Below are positions 47,826 to 56,905 of a stretch of DNA of 64,000 nucleotides, in pieces (the first letter of the stretch is position 1; every line of letters begins with the position of its first letter). The translations under genes were made by a program, and so were the position numbers. Origin of the DNA: an uncultured Solirubrobacterales bacterium (lineage in GTDB: Bacteria > Actinomycetota > Thermoleophilia > Solirubrobacterales > 70-9). The notes under the pieces are model-generated. The model had not been told where the DNA came from and ran no database searches. It worked only from the letters and a program-made list of their open reading frames with translations. The stretch covers positions 48,634-112,633 of the forward strand of contig CAVVAT010000010.1 in the NCBI GenBank assembly GCA_963746215.1, given 5' to 3'.

Positions 47826-50283
47826 GCTTCCGGATTCCGCGCGCTGCGTGATCATCGGCGGCGGCGTGGGTGGCGCTTCGATCGCCTACCACCTCGCAAA
47901 GCTCGGCTACAGCGACGTCGTCCTGGTGGACCGTGCCGAGCTCACCTCAGGCTCCACCTTTCATTCCGCGGGGCTCGTCGGCCAGCTCCGCGGCTCGGTG
48001 ACGCTGACGAAGATGATGATGCACTCGGTGGAGGTCTATCGCGGTCTTGCGAAGGAGTCGGAGCTTGATCCGGGCTGGGTTGAGTGCGGCGGCATCCGCC
48101 TCGCCTCGACGCCCGAGCGCATGGAGGAGCTCCGCCGCCAGGCGGGCTGGGCGAAGACCTTCGGCCTCCCGCTCGAGCTGATCTCTGCCGACGAGGCGGC
48201 CGAAAAGTTTCCGCTGATGTCGACCGAGGGCGTGCTCGGCGGTGCCTGGACGGACACTGACGGGTACATCGACCCGTCCCAGCTCACCTACGCGCTGGCC
48301 GACGTCGCGCGGCGCGAGGGCGGCCTGCAGGTCTTTCAGAACACGCGCGTGACCGGGATCGAAGTGGCCAACGGTCGTGCGCGCGGCGTGATAACCGACA
48401 AGGGGCGGATCGAGGCCGAGGTGGTCGTGAACGCCGGCGGGATGTTCGCTGCCGAAATCGGGCGGATGGCCGGCGTTCGTGTGCCGCTGATCCCGTTCGG
48501 CCACCAGTACCTGGTCACGCAGCCCGTTCGCGAGCACTCCGCCGATCAGCGCCTACCGACACTGCGCGATCCCGATCTGCTCGTCTACTTCCGCGAGGAC
48601 GGGGGCGGGCTCGTGATGGGTGGCTACGAACGCGACTCGCAGCCGGCCTTCCTGCCGGACGGGCCTGGAGGGCTCGACGCGATTCCACCGGATTTCAACG
48701 GCCGCCTCCTCGAAGACGACTGGGATCGTTTCGAGGAGATCACCGAGAACTCGAAGGTCCGGGTGCCCGTGATGGACCAGGCAAAGATCACCAAGCTGAT
48801 CAACGGTCCCGAAGCGTTCACGCCAGACAACGAATTCTGTCTCGGGGAGTCGGAGGTCCGCGGCTTCTTTGTCGCCGCCGGCTTCTGCGCGCATGGGCTC
48901 GCCGGCGCTGGCGGAATCGGGATGGTGATGGCGGAGTGGATCGCCGAGGGCGAGCCGAGCCTGGATCTCTGGGAGATGGACGTGCGCAGGTTCGGCGCCC
49001 AATACCGCTCTCCCGCTTACACGCATGCGCGCACCCGCGAGACCTACGAGACGTACTACGACATTCGCTATCCGAACCACGAGCGCCAGGGCGGGCGCCC
49101 GCTTCGCCTGCCCGCCGCCTACGCGTGGCATGCCGAACACGACGCGTCGTTCGGGGAGAAGTCCGGCTGGGAACGCGTGAATTGGTACGAGCGCAACGCC
49201 GCGTCCGGCGACGAATCGCTGCGTCCGCGCGGCTGGGCGGGACAGCACTGGTCGCCGGCTATCGGGGCCGAGCATCGCGCCACCCGCGAGGCCGTCGCGA
49301 TCTTCGACGAGTCCTCCTTCGCGAAGATGGAGATCGCCGGACCCGACGCGGCGGACGCGCTCGAACGGCTCTGCGACAACCGCGTTGCGCGCGAGGTCGG
49401 CAAGGTGACCTACACGCAGATGCTGAACCGCCGTGGCGGGATCGAATGCGACTTCACCGTCGCGCGCCTCGGCGAGGAGCTCTTTCAGATCGTCACCGGC
49501 ACCGCTTTCGGCAACCACGACCGCGAGTGGATTCGCAAGAACATCCCGGACGACGCCGCCGTGACCGTTCGTGATGTCACCTCCGCCTGGTCGTGTCTAG
49601 GAATCTGGGGCCCGCGAGCCCGTGATGTTCTCGATCCGCTGACGCCCGTTTCGCTTTCCAACGAAGACTTCCCGTATATGGCGGTGCGCGAGACCACCGT
49701 CGGCAACGTCCCGGTGCGGGCGCTGCGGGTGACCTACGTCGGCGAGCTCGGCTGGGAGATCTACTGTCCGACCGAGTACGGGCTCGGGCTCTGGCGCACG
49801 CTCTGGGCTGCCGGAGAGGACCACGGCATCGTCGCCGCCGGCTACCGCGCGATCGACTCGCTGCGACTCGAGAAGGGGTACCGGGTGTGGGGCGCGGACA
49901 TCACCCCGGACGAGACTCCGTACGAGGGCGGCCTCGGCTTTGCCGTGAAGCTCGACAAGGAGGGTGGGTTCATCGGTCGCGACGCGCTCGCGGAGGCCAA
50001 GGAGGCCGGGCCGCGGTCGAAGCTCTGTTGCCTGACCCTCTCCGACCCGCGCTCGGTGGCGCTCGGCAACGAGCCGGTTCGGGTCGGCGGGGAGATCGCC
50101 GGCCGTGTGACGACTGGCGGCTATGGCTACACCGTCGAGCGCTCGATCGCCTACGCGTACCTACCGCCCGAGCACGCCGAGGCCGGGACCGCCGTCGAGG
50201 TCGAGATCTTCGGCGAGTGGGTCGAAGGAGAGGTTGCGACGGAACCTCTCCTCGACCCGCACGGCGAGCGCATCCGCGCCTGA
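47803..50283 (+). CDS. Dimethylglycine oxidase/sarcosine dehydrogenase-like protein (FAD oxidoreductase + GcvT aminomethyltransferase domains)
   Basis: 826 aa. VIIGGGVGGASIAYHL dinucleotide fold and a C-terminal GcvT-like half. The start (GTG 47803 or ATG 47812) overlaps the kinase 3' end. Confidence 0.85.
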   Translation: MRQMARAELPDSARCVIIGGGVGGASIAYHLAKLGYSDVVLVDRAELTSGSTFHSAGLVGQLRGSVTLTKMMMHSVEVYRGLAKESELDPGWVECGGIRLASTPERMEELRRQAGWAKTFGLPLELISADEAAEKFPLMSTEGVLGGAWTDTDGYIDPSQLTYALADVARREGGLQVFQNTRVTGIEVANGRARGVITDKGRIEAEVVVNAGGMFAAEIGRMAGVRVPLIPFGHQYLVTQPVREHSADQRLPTLRDPDLLVYFREDGGGLVMGGYERDSQPAFLPDGPGGLDAIPPDFNGRLLEDDWDRFEEITENSKVRVPVMDQAKITKLINGPEAFTPDNEFCLGESEVRGFFVAAGFCAHGLAGAGGIGMVMAEWIAEGEPSLDLWEMDVRRFGAQYRSPAYTHARTRETYETYYDIRYPNHERQGGRPLRLPAAYAWHAEHDASFGEKSGWERVNWYERNAASGDESLRPRGWAGQHWSPAIGAEHRATREAVAIFDESSFAKMEIAGPDAADALERLCDNRVAREVGKVTYTQMLNRRGGIECDFTVARLGEELFQIVTGTAFGNHDREWIRKNIPDDAAVTVRDVTSAWSCLGIWGPRARDVLDPLTPVSLSNEDFPYMAVRETTVGNVPVRALRVTYVGELGWEIYCPTEYGLGLWRTLWAAGEDHGIVAAGYRAIDSLRLEKGYRVWGADITPDETPYEGGLGFAVKLDKEGGFIGRDALAEAKEAGPRSKLCCLTLSDPRSVALGNEPVRVGGEIAGRVTTGGYGYTVERSIAYAYLPPEHAEAGTAVEVEIFGEWVEGEVATEPLLDPHGERIRA

Positions 50284-50298
50284 CGAATCCGGGAATTC

Positions 50299-50634
50299 TC
50301 AGTCGTCCTGGCCCTGCTCGCTCTCGTTATCGCCTTCGATGACGACGAGGTCATACGCCGCGTCGAGCCGCACGTCGACGGTCTTGCCGTCCGTCTTCGT
50401 CACCTCCACCTCCCAGGTGGCGCCATTCTCGCTGTCGCGCTCGACCGAGTTCGCGGTTCCACCGTGGGTTATCGCAAGGGCGGCGTCGGTGGCCTCGGCC
50501 GCCGCCGGTCCCGTGACCTGAACGTCACCGTCGTCGCTATCGCCGCCGCCGGTTGCCAACGCGATCCCGACGCCGCCCGCCGAAATTGCCAGCACCGCTC
50601 CCGCGGCAAGTACGTATCTGCGCGTCCAATTCAT
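50299..50634 (-). CDS. PepSY domain secreted protein
   Basis: 111 aa. Signal/TM segment, then ALAITHGGTANSVERDSENGATWEVEVTKTDGKTVDVRLD. Confidence 0.7.
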   Translation of the reverse strand: MNWTRRYVLAAGAVLAISAGGVGIALATGGGDSDDGDVQVTGPAAAEATDAALAITHGGTANSVERDSENGATWEVEVTKTDGKTVDVRLDAAYDLVVIEGDNESEQGQDD

Positions 50635-50643
50635 TGCTTCCTC

Positions 50644-52065
50644 CTAAGTCCGTTTCTGGTCTGAGTCCGCAGTAGTACGGACCGTCGATGAAAGGCCCGT
50701 GAAGGGGATTTCGATCCATGCGTCGACACCGCCGCCGGCCCGGTTTCGAACGTGCGAAGCGCCGCCGTGCGCACGCGCGATCGAGTCGACGATCGCAAGG
50801 CCAAGACCGGTCCCGCCGCGTGTGCGCGCAGCGTCCGCGCGGCTGAAACGCTCAAACGCGTGATCGATGAACTCGACGGGAATCCCGGATCCCTCGTCGG
50901 TGACGTGCAGCTCCAGCTGTTCACCGTCGCGTCGCGCAAACATCCGCACCGCGCCGTCGCCATGGCGTATCGCGTTCTCGACCATGTTCGTCAGCGCCTG
51001 TTCGATGCGCGGCCGGTCGGCCTCGATCACCCAGTCGGTGGGCCCGATCTCGTGGGTGAGTGATCTTCCAGCTCGTTCGCTTCGCAAGCTGAACCTTGCG
51101 GCGATCGCGGCCAGCGCATCGTCGGCCGCGAACCGTTCGGGTTCGCCGGCGACGCGGCCGTCCTCGGACCGAGCAACCACGAGGAGTTGCTCGGCAAGCT
51201 CGATGAGGCGGTCGATCTCCTCGGTCGCCGAGGAGATCGCCTCCCGGAGCTCGTTCTCGTCGCGGGCATGCGAAAGGGCGAGCTCGAGCTCGATCTTGTG
51301 CAGAGCGAGCGGTGTGCGGAGCTCGTGGCTGGCGTCGTCCACGAACCGTCGCTCGTGCTCGAGCGCTGTCTCAAGCCGACCGAGCATCGCGTTCAGCGTC
51401 TCACCGAGGCGCGACAGCTCGTCGTCGGTCTCGGGTACCGGTAGCCGGTCGCTGCCGTCGGCGGAGATCTCCGCGGCTCGCTGGCGCATCGCCTCGACAG
51501 GGCGCAACGCGGCCGCTGCCGTTCCGTATCCCGCGAGCGACGCGAGCAACAGCGCCGCCGGGCCGCCGATCAGCAGAAGCGTTGCGAGGCCATCGAGAGC
51601 CTCGTCGCGATCGCCGAGGGAGGAGCCAAGGATCACGACACGGGCGCGTCCATCCGCGTTGACGGGGACGACAAGGACGCGGACCGGCCCCTCTACGCCA
51701 GGAACCACTTCGAGTTCGAGAAACGAAGGGCCGGCCCCGGCCCGCGGGATCTGGCCGTCATCGAGCGCCGGCGAGCCTGCGAGCTGCGGTGACGAGTCGA
51801 GGACCTCCCCCTGGGCGTCGAGTATCTGGGCGAAGCTCTCGTCCAGCTCGATCAATGGGTCGGCGGTCGACCCGGAAAGCCGTTCGCCGGAGCCTTGAAC
51901 GAGCGCCGTCAGCTCGGTTGCCCGCGAGCGCAACCCGTTGTCGATCGACTCGTTCAGTTGGGCCTCGAGGCGGAGGTAGACGAAGAACCCGACCGCGGCG
52001 AGAACGATCGCCATCACGCCCGCGAAGGCGAGTGTGACCCGGACCCTGATCGGCAGGTGCGTCAC
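50644..52065 (-). CDS. Sensor histidine kinase (2 TM, HAMP, HisKA, HATPase_c)
   Basis: H-box FVDDASHELRTPL, N-box LTNMVENAIRHG, and GTGLGLAIVDSIARAHGG. Confidence 0.9.
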   Translation of the reverse strand: MTHLPIRVRVTLAFAGVMAIVLAAVGFFVYLRLEAQLNESIDNGLRSRATELTALVQGSGERLSGSTADPLIELDESFAQILDAQGEVLDSSPQLAGSPALDDGQIPRAGAGPSFLELEVVPGVEGPVRVLVVPVNADGRARVVILGSSLGDRDEALDGLATLLLIGGPAALLLASLAGYGTAAAALRPVEAMRQRAAEISADGSDRLPVPETDDELSRLGETLNAMLGRLETALEHERRFVDDASHELRTPLALHKIELELALSHARDENELREAISSATEEIDRLIELAEQLLVVARSEDGRVAGEPERFAADDALAAIAARFSLRSERAGRSLTHEIGPTDWVIEADRPRIEQALTNMVENAIRHGDGAVRMFARRDGEQLELHVTDEGSGIPVEFIDHAFERFSRADAARTRGGTGLGLAIVDSIARAHGGASHVRNRAGGGVDAWIEIPFTGLSSTVRTTADSDQKRT

Positions 52066-52742
52066 GATCGGGGATCCTCTCGCAATCGGTAGCCCGAACC
52101 CCGCACCGTCTCGATCGAGTCGGTGCCGAACGGTTTATCGATCTTGCGGCGGAGGAAGCGCACGTAGGAGTCGACGACGTTCGAGCGGTTTTCGTAGTCG
52201 TAGTCCCAGACCTGCTCGAGCAGCGCGTAGCGCGAGAGCACCTGCCCCGGTCGGCGCATGAACGCCTCGAGGATCGCGAACTCGCGCGCTGAGAGCGCGA
52301 TCTCCGCGTCTCCACGGCACACGCGTTTGGTGGCCGGGTCGAGGCTGAGGTTGCCGACACGAAGCTCGACCGGTCGCTCCACCGCTCCGCGCCGCACGAG
52401 CGCCCGCAGTCGCGCAAGCAGTTCGGCGAACGAGAATGGCTTGGTCAGGTAGTCGTCGGCGCCACCGTCGAGGCCTGCGACGCGGTCGCCCACGCCTCCG
52501 CGGGCGGTGAGGAGGAGAATCGGCGTCCAGACGCCGGCGGTTCGCAGGCGGCGACACACCTCGAACCCATCGAGGCCTGGGAGCATCACGTCGAGCACGA
52601 TCGCGTCGTAATCGGTTGCCGCGGCCATCCAGAGCGCGTCCTCGCCGTTGATCGCGACGTCCGCCGCAAGCCCCTCGCCGCGCATGCCCCGGCGGATCAG
52701 GGAGGCCATCTTGACCTCATCCTCGACGATCAGAACCCGCAT
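52062..52742 (-). CDS. OmpR/PhoB family response regulator
   Basis: MRVLIVEDE...DAIVLDVMLPGLDG receiver domain plus a winged-helix C-terminus. 4-nt overlap with the kinase gene. Confidence 0.95.
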   Translation of the reverse strand: MRVLIVEDEVKMASLIRRGMRGEGLAADVAINGEDALWMAAATDYDAIVLDVMLPGLDGFEVCRRLRTAGVWTPILLLTARGGVGDRVAGLDGGADDYLTKPFSFAELLARLRALVRRGAVERPVELRVGNLSLDPATKRVCRGDAEIALSAREFAILEAFMRRPGQVLSRYALLEQVWDYDYENRSNVVDSYVRFLRRKIDKPFGTDSIETVRGSGYRLREDPRS

Positions 52743-52862
52743 GAGGCCAGCCTATGCCTGTAGATGAAAAGCGAATGAAAGCCGTCGCTGCGACAGACGC
52801 GATTTCACGCAGCTTTCATCTCCCCAGGGGATAAGGGATCTCGAACGACGAAGGAGTTCCCA

Positions 52863-53570
52863 ATGAGATCCACCCTTACGCGAGCGGCATTTTCATCGGC
52901 GGCGCTGTGCTTGGCCACGCTGGGCGTATCCGGCGCCGCGAGTGCCCAGCCTGAGTCGCCGCGATTCACCAACCCCACATCGATCGACAACCCTTACCTG
53001 CCGATGAGCCGGTTTCACCACTGCACGCTGCGTGGCGAGGAGGACGGCATGCGATTGCGGATCGAGCGGACCGTGCTCGATCGCACGCGGACGTTCATCG
53101 TCGACGGCGCTGCGGTGGAGGCCATGGTTGTCAAGGACAGAGTGCGCGCCGATGGCGAGCTGATCGAGGACACTCGCGACTTCTTCGCGCAGGACGACGA
53201 CGGAGCGGTCCGATACCTCGGCGAGCGCGTCGACAACATCCGCGATGGCCGAGTGGTGAACCATCACGGGACCTGGATCTATGGCCGCGACACCGACCAG
53301 ATCGGCGTCCTGATGGCTGCGAACGCGCATGTCGGTAGCCATTGGATGTCCGAGGCCGCGCCACCCGATGCAGTCGAGTTCGACAGGGTCGTCGCGAAGC
53401 TGCGTCGCGCTGAGGTTGGTGGGCGGACCTACCGCCACGTGATCCGGGTTCGCGAGTTCGCGCTGCCCGACCGCGAGGTCGAGTACAAGCTTTACGCGAA
53501 GGGAATCGGCGTTATCGCCGAGCTACCCCCGGACGGCGAGGTCGTACTCGACGGTTGCACGCGGGCCTAG
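52863..53570 (+). CDS. Hypothetical secreted protein
   Basis: Signal peptide MRSTLTRAAFSSAALCLATLGVSGAASA. 235 aa. No family recognised. Confidence 0.55.
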   Translation: MRSTLTRAAFSSAALCLATLGVSGAASAQPESPRFTNPTSIDNPYLPMSRFHHCTLRGEEDGMRLRIERTVLDRTRTFIVDGAAVEAMVVKDRVRADGELIEDTRDFFAQDDDGAVRYLGERVDNIRDGRVVNHHGTWIYGRDTDQIGVLMAANAHVGSHWMSEAAPPDAVEFDRVVAKLRRAEVGGRTYRHVIRVREFALPDREVEYKLYAKGIGVIAELPPDGEVVLDGCTRA

Positions 53571-53579
53571 CAACCACCC

Positions 53580-54284
53580 CTAGACGAGCCCGGCGAGGAT
53601 GTGTTCGGTGCCCTCGATGTGGCGGCGCATCAGGGTGACCGCCCGATTGGTCTCGCGCTTCTCCAGCAAAGTCACCAGCTCGCGATGCTGTTCGTTGGAG
53701 CGCGTCAGAACCACGTCGGGATGCGGGATCCGCGCGATCAGCTCGCTCATCTGCCCCTGCACCTCCGTCATCTCGGTGACGAGGTGTGGCGAGTTGGCAG
53801 CCTCGGCGACGCCGATGTGGAAGCGAATGTCGGCGCGCCGGTAATCCTCGAACTCAGACGGGACCGACATCCGGTCGACCAGTTCCCTCAGCGGGGTGTG
53901 CTCGGCGCCGGTTGACCGTTCGCAGGCAAGCACGATCGCCCCGAGTTCGACGGCGACACGGTGGTCGAGCACGGCGCGGGCGTCGCGGTCGAGTGGATCG
54001 CTGTCGCCTTCGGTCAGCGGCGGCCGGGCGGCGACGAAGGTCCCGCCTGATCGTCCCCGGGTCGAGCTCAGATGTCCGGACTGGACGAGTGTCGTCAGCG
54101 CCTGGCGCAGCGTCGAACGCGAGATCCCAAGCTCTTTGGCGAGCGCTCGCTCGGGCGGAAGCTGGCTGCCCGGGGCGAGCAGCCCGACCCTGATCGCAGT
54201 GCCAAGCCGCTCGACCGTCTCCTCGAAGGTGGTCGGCGCTCGGACCGGCGCAAACACCGCTTCGACCGCTGCATCGCGAGGCAC
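53580..54284 (-). CDS. GntR family (FadR/FCD subfamily) transcriptional regulator
   Basis: LPPERALAKELGISRSTLRQALTTLVQSGHL HTH plus a helical C-terminal domain. Confidence 0.85.
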   Translation of the reverse strand: MPRDAAVEAVFAPVRAPTTFEETVERLGTAIRVGLLAPGSQLPPERALAKELGISRSTLRQALTTLVQSGHLSSTRGRSGGTFVAARPPLTEGDSDPLDRDARAVLDHRVAVELGAIVLACERSTGAEHTPLRELVDRMSVPSEFEDYRRADIRFHIGVAEAANSPHLVTEMTEVQGQMSELIARIPHPDVVLTRSNEQHRELVTLLEKRETNRAVTLMRRHIEGTEHILAGLV

Positions 54285-54316
54285 AGCGTTACCGTAACGC
54301 CGCTTCGCCCGGCCTC

Positions 54317-54964
54317 CTAATCGAGCTCGAGAACCTCGCGGATCTCGGCGGTGGCCTGCTCGGTGTCGACGAAGTGCACCGCATGCATGCCGAGGTGGCG
54401 CGCCGCCTCGATATTGACCTCGAGGTCATCGATGAACAGGCACTCCTGTGCCGACACGCCGTTTCCGAGCCGCTCGAGTGTGAGCTCGTAGATCGCCGGA
54501 TCTGGCTTTCGCATGCCGACGAAAGCGGAGTCGACGACGAGCTCGAAGATCTCGTCGACCGGCAGCATCGCTCGCCAAAGCGGCTCCCACTCGCGGACGT
54601 TGTTCGTCAGCAGCGCCATCCTTCGCTCGCCTCGCTTGATCTCGCGCATCAGCTCGATCATCGGCTCGTTCGGTTCCAGCGCGCTGAAGTAGATCTCACT
54701 GAACTGGTGCAGCTCGGGAAAGTGGCCGAGCTCGGGCTCGAGCACCTCCGCGAGCCGGTTGAGGAAGTCGACCTCGCTGACCATCCCCTTTTCGAGCTCA
54801 TACAGCGGGTGGGCGCCGTCGGCCTCGGCGATCGACTGCATGGCCCGGCCGAGCGAGGCCGGTGAGATGCCCGTGCGGTCCTGCACCTTCGCGAACGAAC
54901 CGATCAGCGGCGTTGTGAGCACGCCGCCGAAGTCGGAGATGACCGTGGTCGGGGCCGGGCTCAC
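54317..54964 (-). CDS. HAD superfamily hydrolase
   Basis: VISDFGGVLT motif I region, LTNN, and FIDDLEVNIEAA motif IV. Confidence 0.8.
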   Translation of the reverse strand: MSPAPTTVISDFGGVLTTPLIGSFAKVQDRTGISPASLGRAMQSIAEADGAHPLYELEKGMVSEVDFLNRLAEVLEPELGHFPELHQFSEIYFSALEPNEPMIELMREIKRGERRMALLTNNVREWEPLWRAMLPVDEIFELVVDSAFVGMRKPDPAIYELTLERLGNGVSAQECLFIDDLEVNIEAARHLGMHAVHFVDTEQATAEIREVLELD

Positions 54965-55479
54965 GTGCGCCGCAGCAGGTCGAGGCGGCCACGCCCGTCG
55001 GAGCCGGTGAGCCGCAGTTCGAGGCTCGCGGAGGTTCGTTCGAGCGCGCCCTGGACTCCTCGATCAGTGGCGGTCGCGTTGCCGGCGACGCGGAGCGGGA
55101 TCGAGCCCTCGCTGCGATAGAGCTCAAGACCTGCGCGCCGCGGCAAGCCGTCCGCGTCGTACTCAACGGAGAGCAGCGTCTCGTCGAACCCTGAGGCATT
55201 TCCCTCGGCGTCGACCATGACCGCCACTACGACCTCTTGACCGTGACCCTCGGAGCCGGCTGGACGCAGCGCGGCCACGCCGAGGAGGCGGTGGTCCTCG
55301 AAGCGCGCAGAGAGGACGCGGATCAGCTCGATCTCATCCCAGTCGAGCTCCCCGTCCAGTTGCCACGGGGTGGGCCCGGACGGCTCCTCGCCGAGGTGCG
55401 CGAGCGATTCCGGGTTCCACTCGAAGTAGAGGCGCTCGCCCTCCGGCGTCTCGAACTCGAGCCCGAAGACCGCGCTCAA
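54961..55479 (-). CDS. Hypothetical protein
   Basis: TTG 55479 overlaps the fxsA stop (TTGA). About 172 aa. 4-nt overlap with the HAD gene. Confidence 0.5.
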   Translation of the reverse strand: MSAVFGLEFETPEGERLYFEWNPESLAHLGEEPSGPTPWQLDGELDWDEIELIRVLSARFEDHRLLGVAALRPAGSEGHGQEVVVAVMVDAEGNASGFDETLLSVEYDADGLPRRAGLELYRSEGSIPLRVAGNATATDRGVQGALERTSASLELRLTGSDGRGRLDLLRRT

Positions 55480-55958
55480 CGCTTGTCCTCCAGCTCGGGC
55501 GGCGGGTCGGTGACCTCGCGGGCTGATCCTTCGAAGTCGTAACTGCGAGGCGGTTGGGGTCCCGACGCCGGTCCGCCGCCGACCGTCCACGCAAAGCTCG
55601 TCCGGCGCCGTGCCAGCCGCACGACAAGCCCGCGCAGCAGCGCCCGAGTCGGCGGGACCAGCAGCGCGAATCCCACGATGTCGGTGATGAAGCCCGGTGC
55701 CAGCAGCAGCGCACCGCCGAGGACGATCATGCCGCCGTCAAGTGTTTCCCGTGCGGGCATGCGGCCCTCGGCGAGCGCGCGGTTGACGCGCGCCCAGGCG
55801 TTGCGGCCCTGCGAGCGCGCGAGCGCTGCGCCGGCGAAGCCGTCGAGGATCAGAAGGAACAGCGTCGGGACCAGGCCGATCGCCTGACCGACCTGGATGA
55901 TCACGTAGAGCTCCAGGATCGGCAGCAGCAGGAACAGGAAGAGCAGCACCAAGGGCAT
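55476..55958 (-). CDS. fxsA: FxsA family membrane protein
   Basis: ATG 55958 gives MPLVLLFLFLLLPILELYVIIQVGQAIG...LAPGFITDIVGFALLVPPTR. Confidence 0.8.
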   Translation of the reverse strand: MPLVLLFLFLLLPILELYVIIQVGQAIGLVPTLFLLILDGFAGAALARSQGRNAWARVNRALAEGRMPARETLDGGMIVLGGALLLAPGFITDIVGFALLVPPTRALLRGLVVRLARRRTSFAWTVGGGPASGPQPPRSYDFEGSAREVTDPPPELEDKR

Positions 55959-56000
55959 CGTCGGAAAGGCTACGAGAACGACTCCTCTACGATCTTTCCC

Positions 56001-56297
56001 ATGCCTTCCGAAGAGGACGTCTACGAGGCCCTGGAAGAAGTGATCGACCCTGAGCTCGGGCTTGATTTCGTCTCGCTCGGCCTCGTCTACGACGTCGATA
56101 TCGAGGGTCCCGAAGTTTTCGTGACCTTCACCCTGACCACACCCGCCTGCCCGATTGGGCCGCAGGTCTCCGAGCAGATGCGCGAGTTCGTCGGCGACCT
56201 CGAAGGCGTCGACAAGGTGCACCCGAAGATGATCTTTGACCCGCCGTGGTCTCCGGAGATGATGTCCGAGGACGCCAAGTTCGCACTGGGGTTCTGA
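56001..56297 (+). CDS. DUF59/MIP18 family Fe-S cluster assembly protein (SufT-like)
   Basis: VYEALEEVIDPELGLDFVSLGLVYDV...TLTTPACPIG. Confidence 0.85.
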   Translation: MPSEEDVYEALEEVIDPELGLDFVSLGLVYDVDIEGPEVFVTFTLTTPACPIGPQVSEQMREFVGDLEGVDKVHPKMIFDPPWSPEMMSEDAKFALGF

Positions 56298-56310
56298 ACG
56301 GCTTTGGTGA

Positions 56311-56684
56311 GCCCTTTCTAAGGGCAATCGTCGCCGACAGTGGTACGCCAAGTACCGACTGCCGGACGGCCGCCAGGTCCAAAAGCGAATAGGACCCCAC
56401 TGGCCCGGTAGGTCGTCGCCGCCGGAGGGCCACTTCACGAAACGAGCTGCGCAGACCTGGCTTGACGGCCTGCTTGCCCAGGCCCGCAGCGGCGAGCTGC
56501 CCGGGATGGTCCGCACAGGCGCGACGTTCGATGCGGCGTGCGACGAGTGGCTTGACTGGAAGCGCAGTCGCGGGCTGAAGCAGTCGACGGTTGCCACGAG
56601 GACATCCGCACAACGCAGGCCTACCTGCAGTTCAAGCCGAAGCTCGACGCGGCGCGCCGGCTCTCGGCGGCATTTGAGGATTGA
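56311..56684 (+). pseudogene. Tyrosine integrase remnant: N-terminal arm fused to the C-terminal tail, catalytic core deleted
   Basis: There is no start codon. Frame 1 reads RQWYAKYRLPDGRQVQKRIGPHWPGRSSPPEGHFTKRAAQTWLDGLLAQARSGELPGMVRTGATFDAACDEWLDWKRSRGLKQSTV. Frame 0 then reads EDIRTTQAYLQFKPKLDAARRLSAAFED* (stop 56682-56684). Confidence 0.7.
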
Positions 56685-56791
56685 GGCGGCGAAGTCGGCT
56701 CAGCGACCTGATCGGCGCGGTAGCCCCATTCGTGGTCCCTTCTTGAGCGCACGTGAGCTGACTTCCGATCAACTCAGATGAGCTGAAGCGA

Positions 56792-56867
56792 CGCGGGCGA
56801 ACCGCGATGGCCATCGGATTCAAGGCTCATAACCCGGAGGTCGCAGGTCCAAATCCTGCCCCCGCTA
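56792..56867 (+). tRNA. Degenerate initiator-type tRNA-Met(CAU): convincing 3' part (56824-56867), aberrant 5' half; probable att remnant or pseudo-tRNA
   Basis: GGCTCATAACCCGGAGGTCGCAGGTCCAAATCCTGCCCCCGCTA comprises the CAU anticodon loop, CCC stem strand, variable loop, T-arm (GCAGG/CCTGC) and acceptor strand. The 5' part has only CGCGGGC. It has no D-arm consensus, the anticodon stem CAAGG/CCCGG is mismatched, and the T-loop is TCCAAAT (position 55 is C). Confidence 0.6.
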
Positions 56868-56905
56868 TTTAGGAAGCCCGAGCCGGGAACAGCTCTCATT
56901 AGGAA

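Noticed and set aside
56792-56867. A functional full-length tRNA-fMet gene.
   Set aside because: The D-arm region lacks conserved A14/G18G19 geometry. The anticodon stem has two mismatches, position 7 mismatches position 66, and U55 is replaced.
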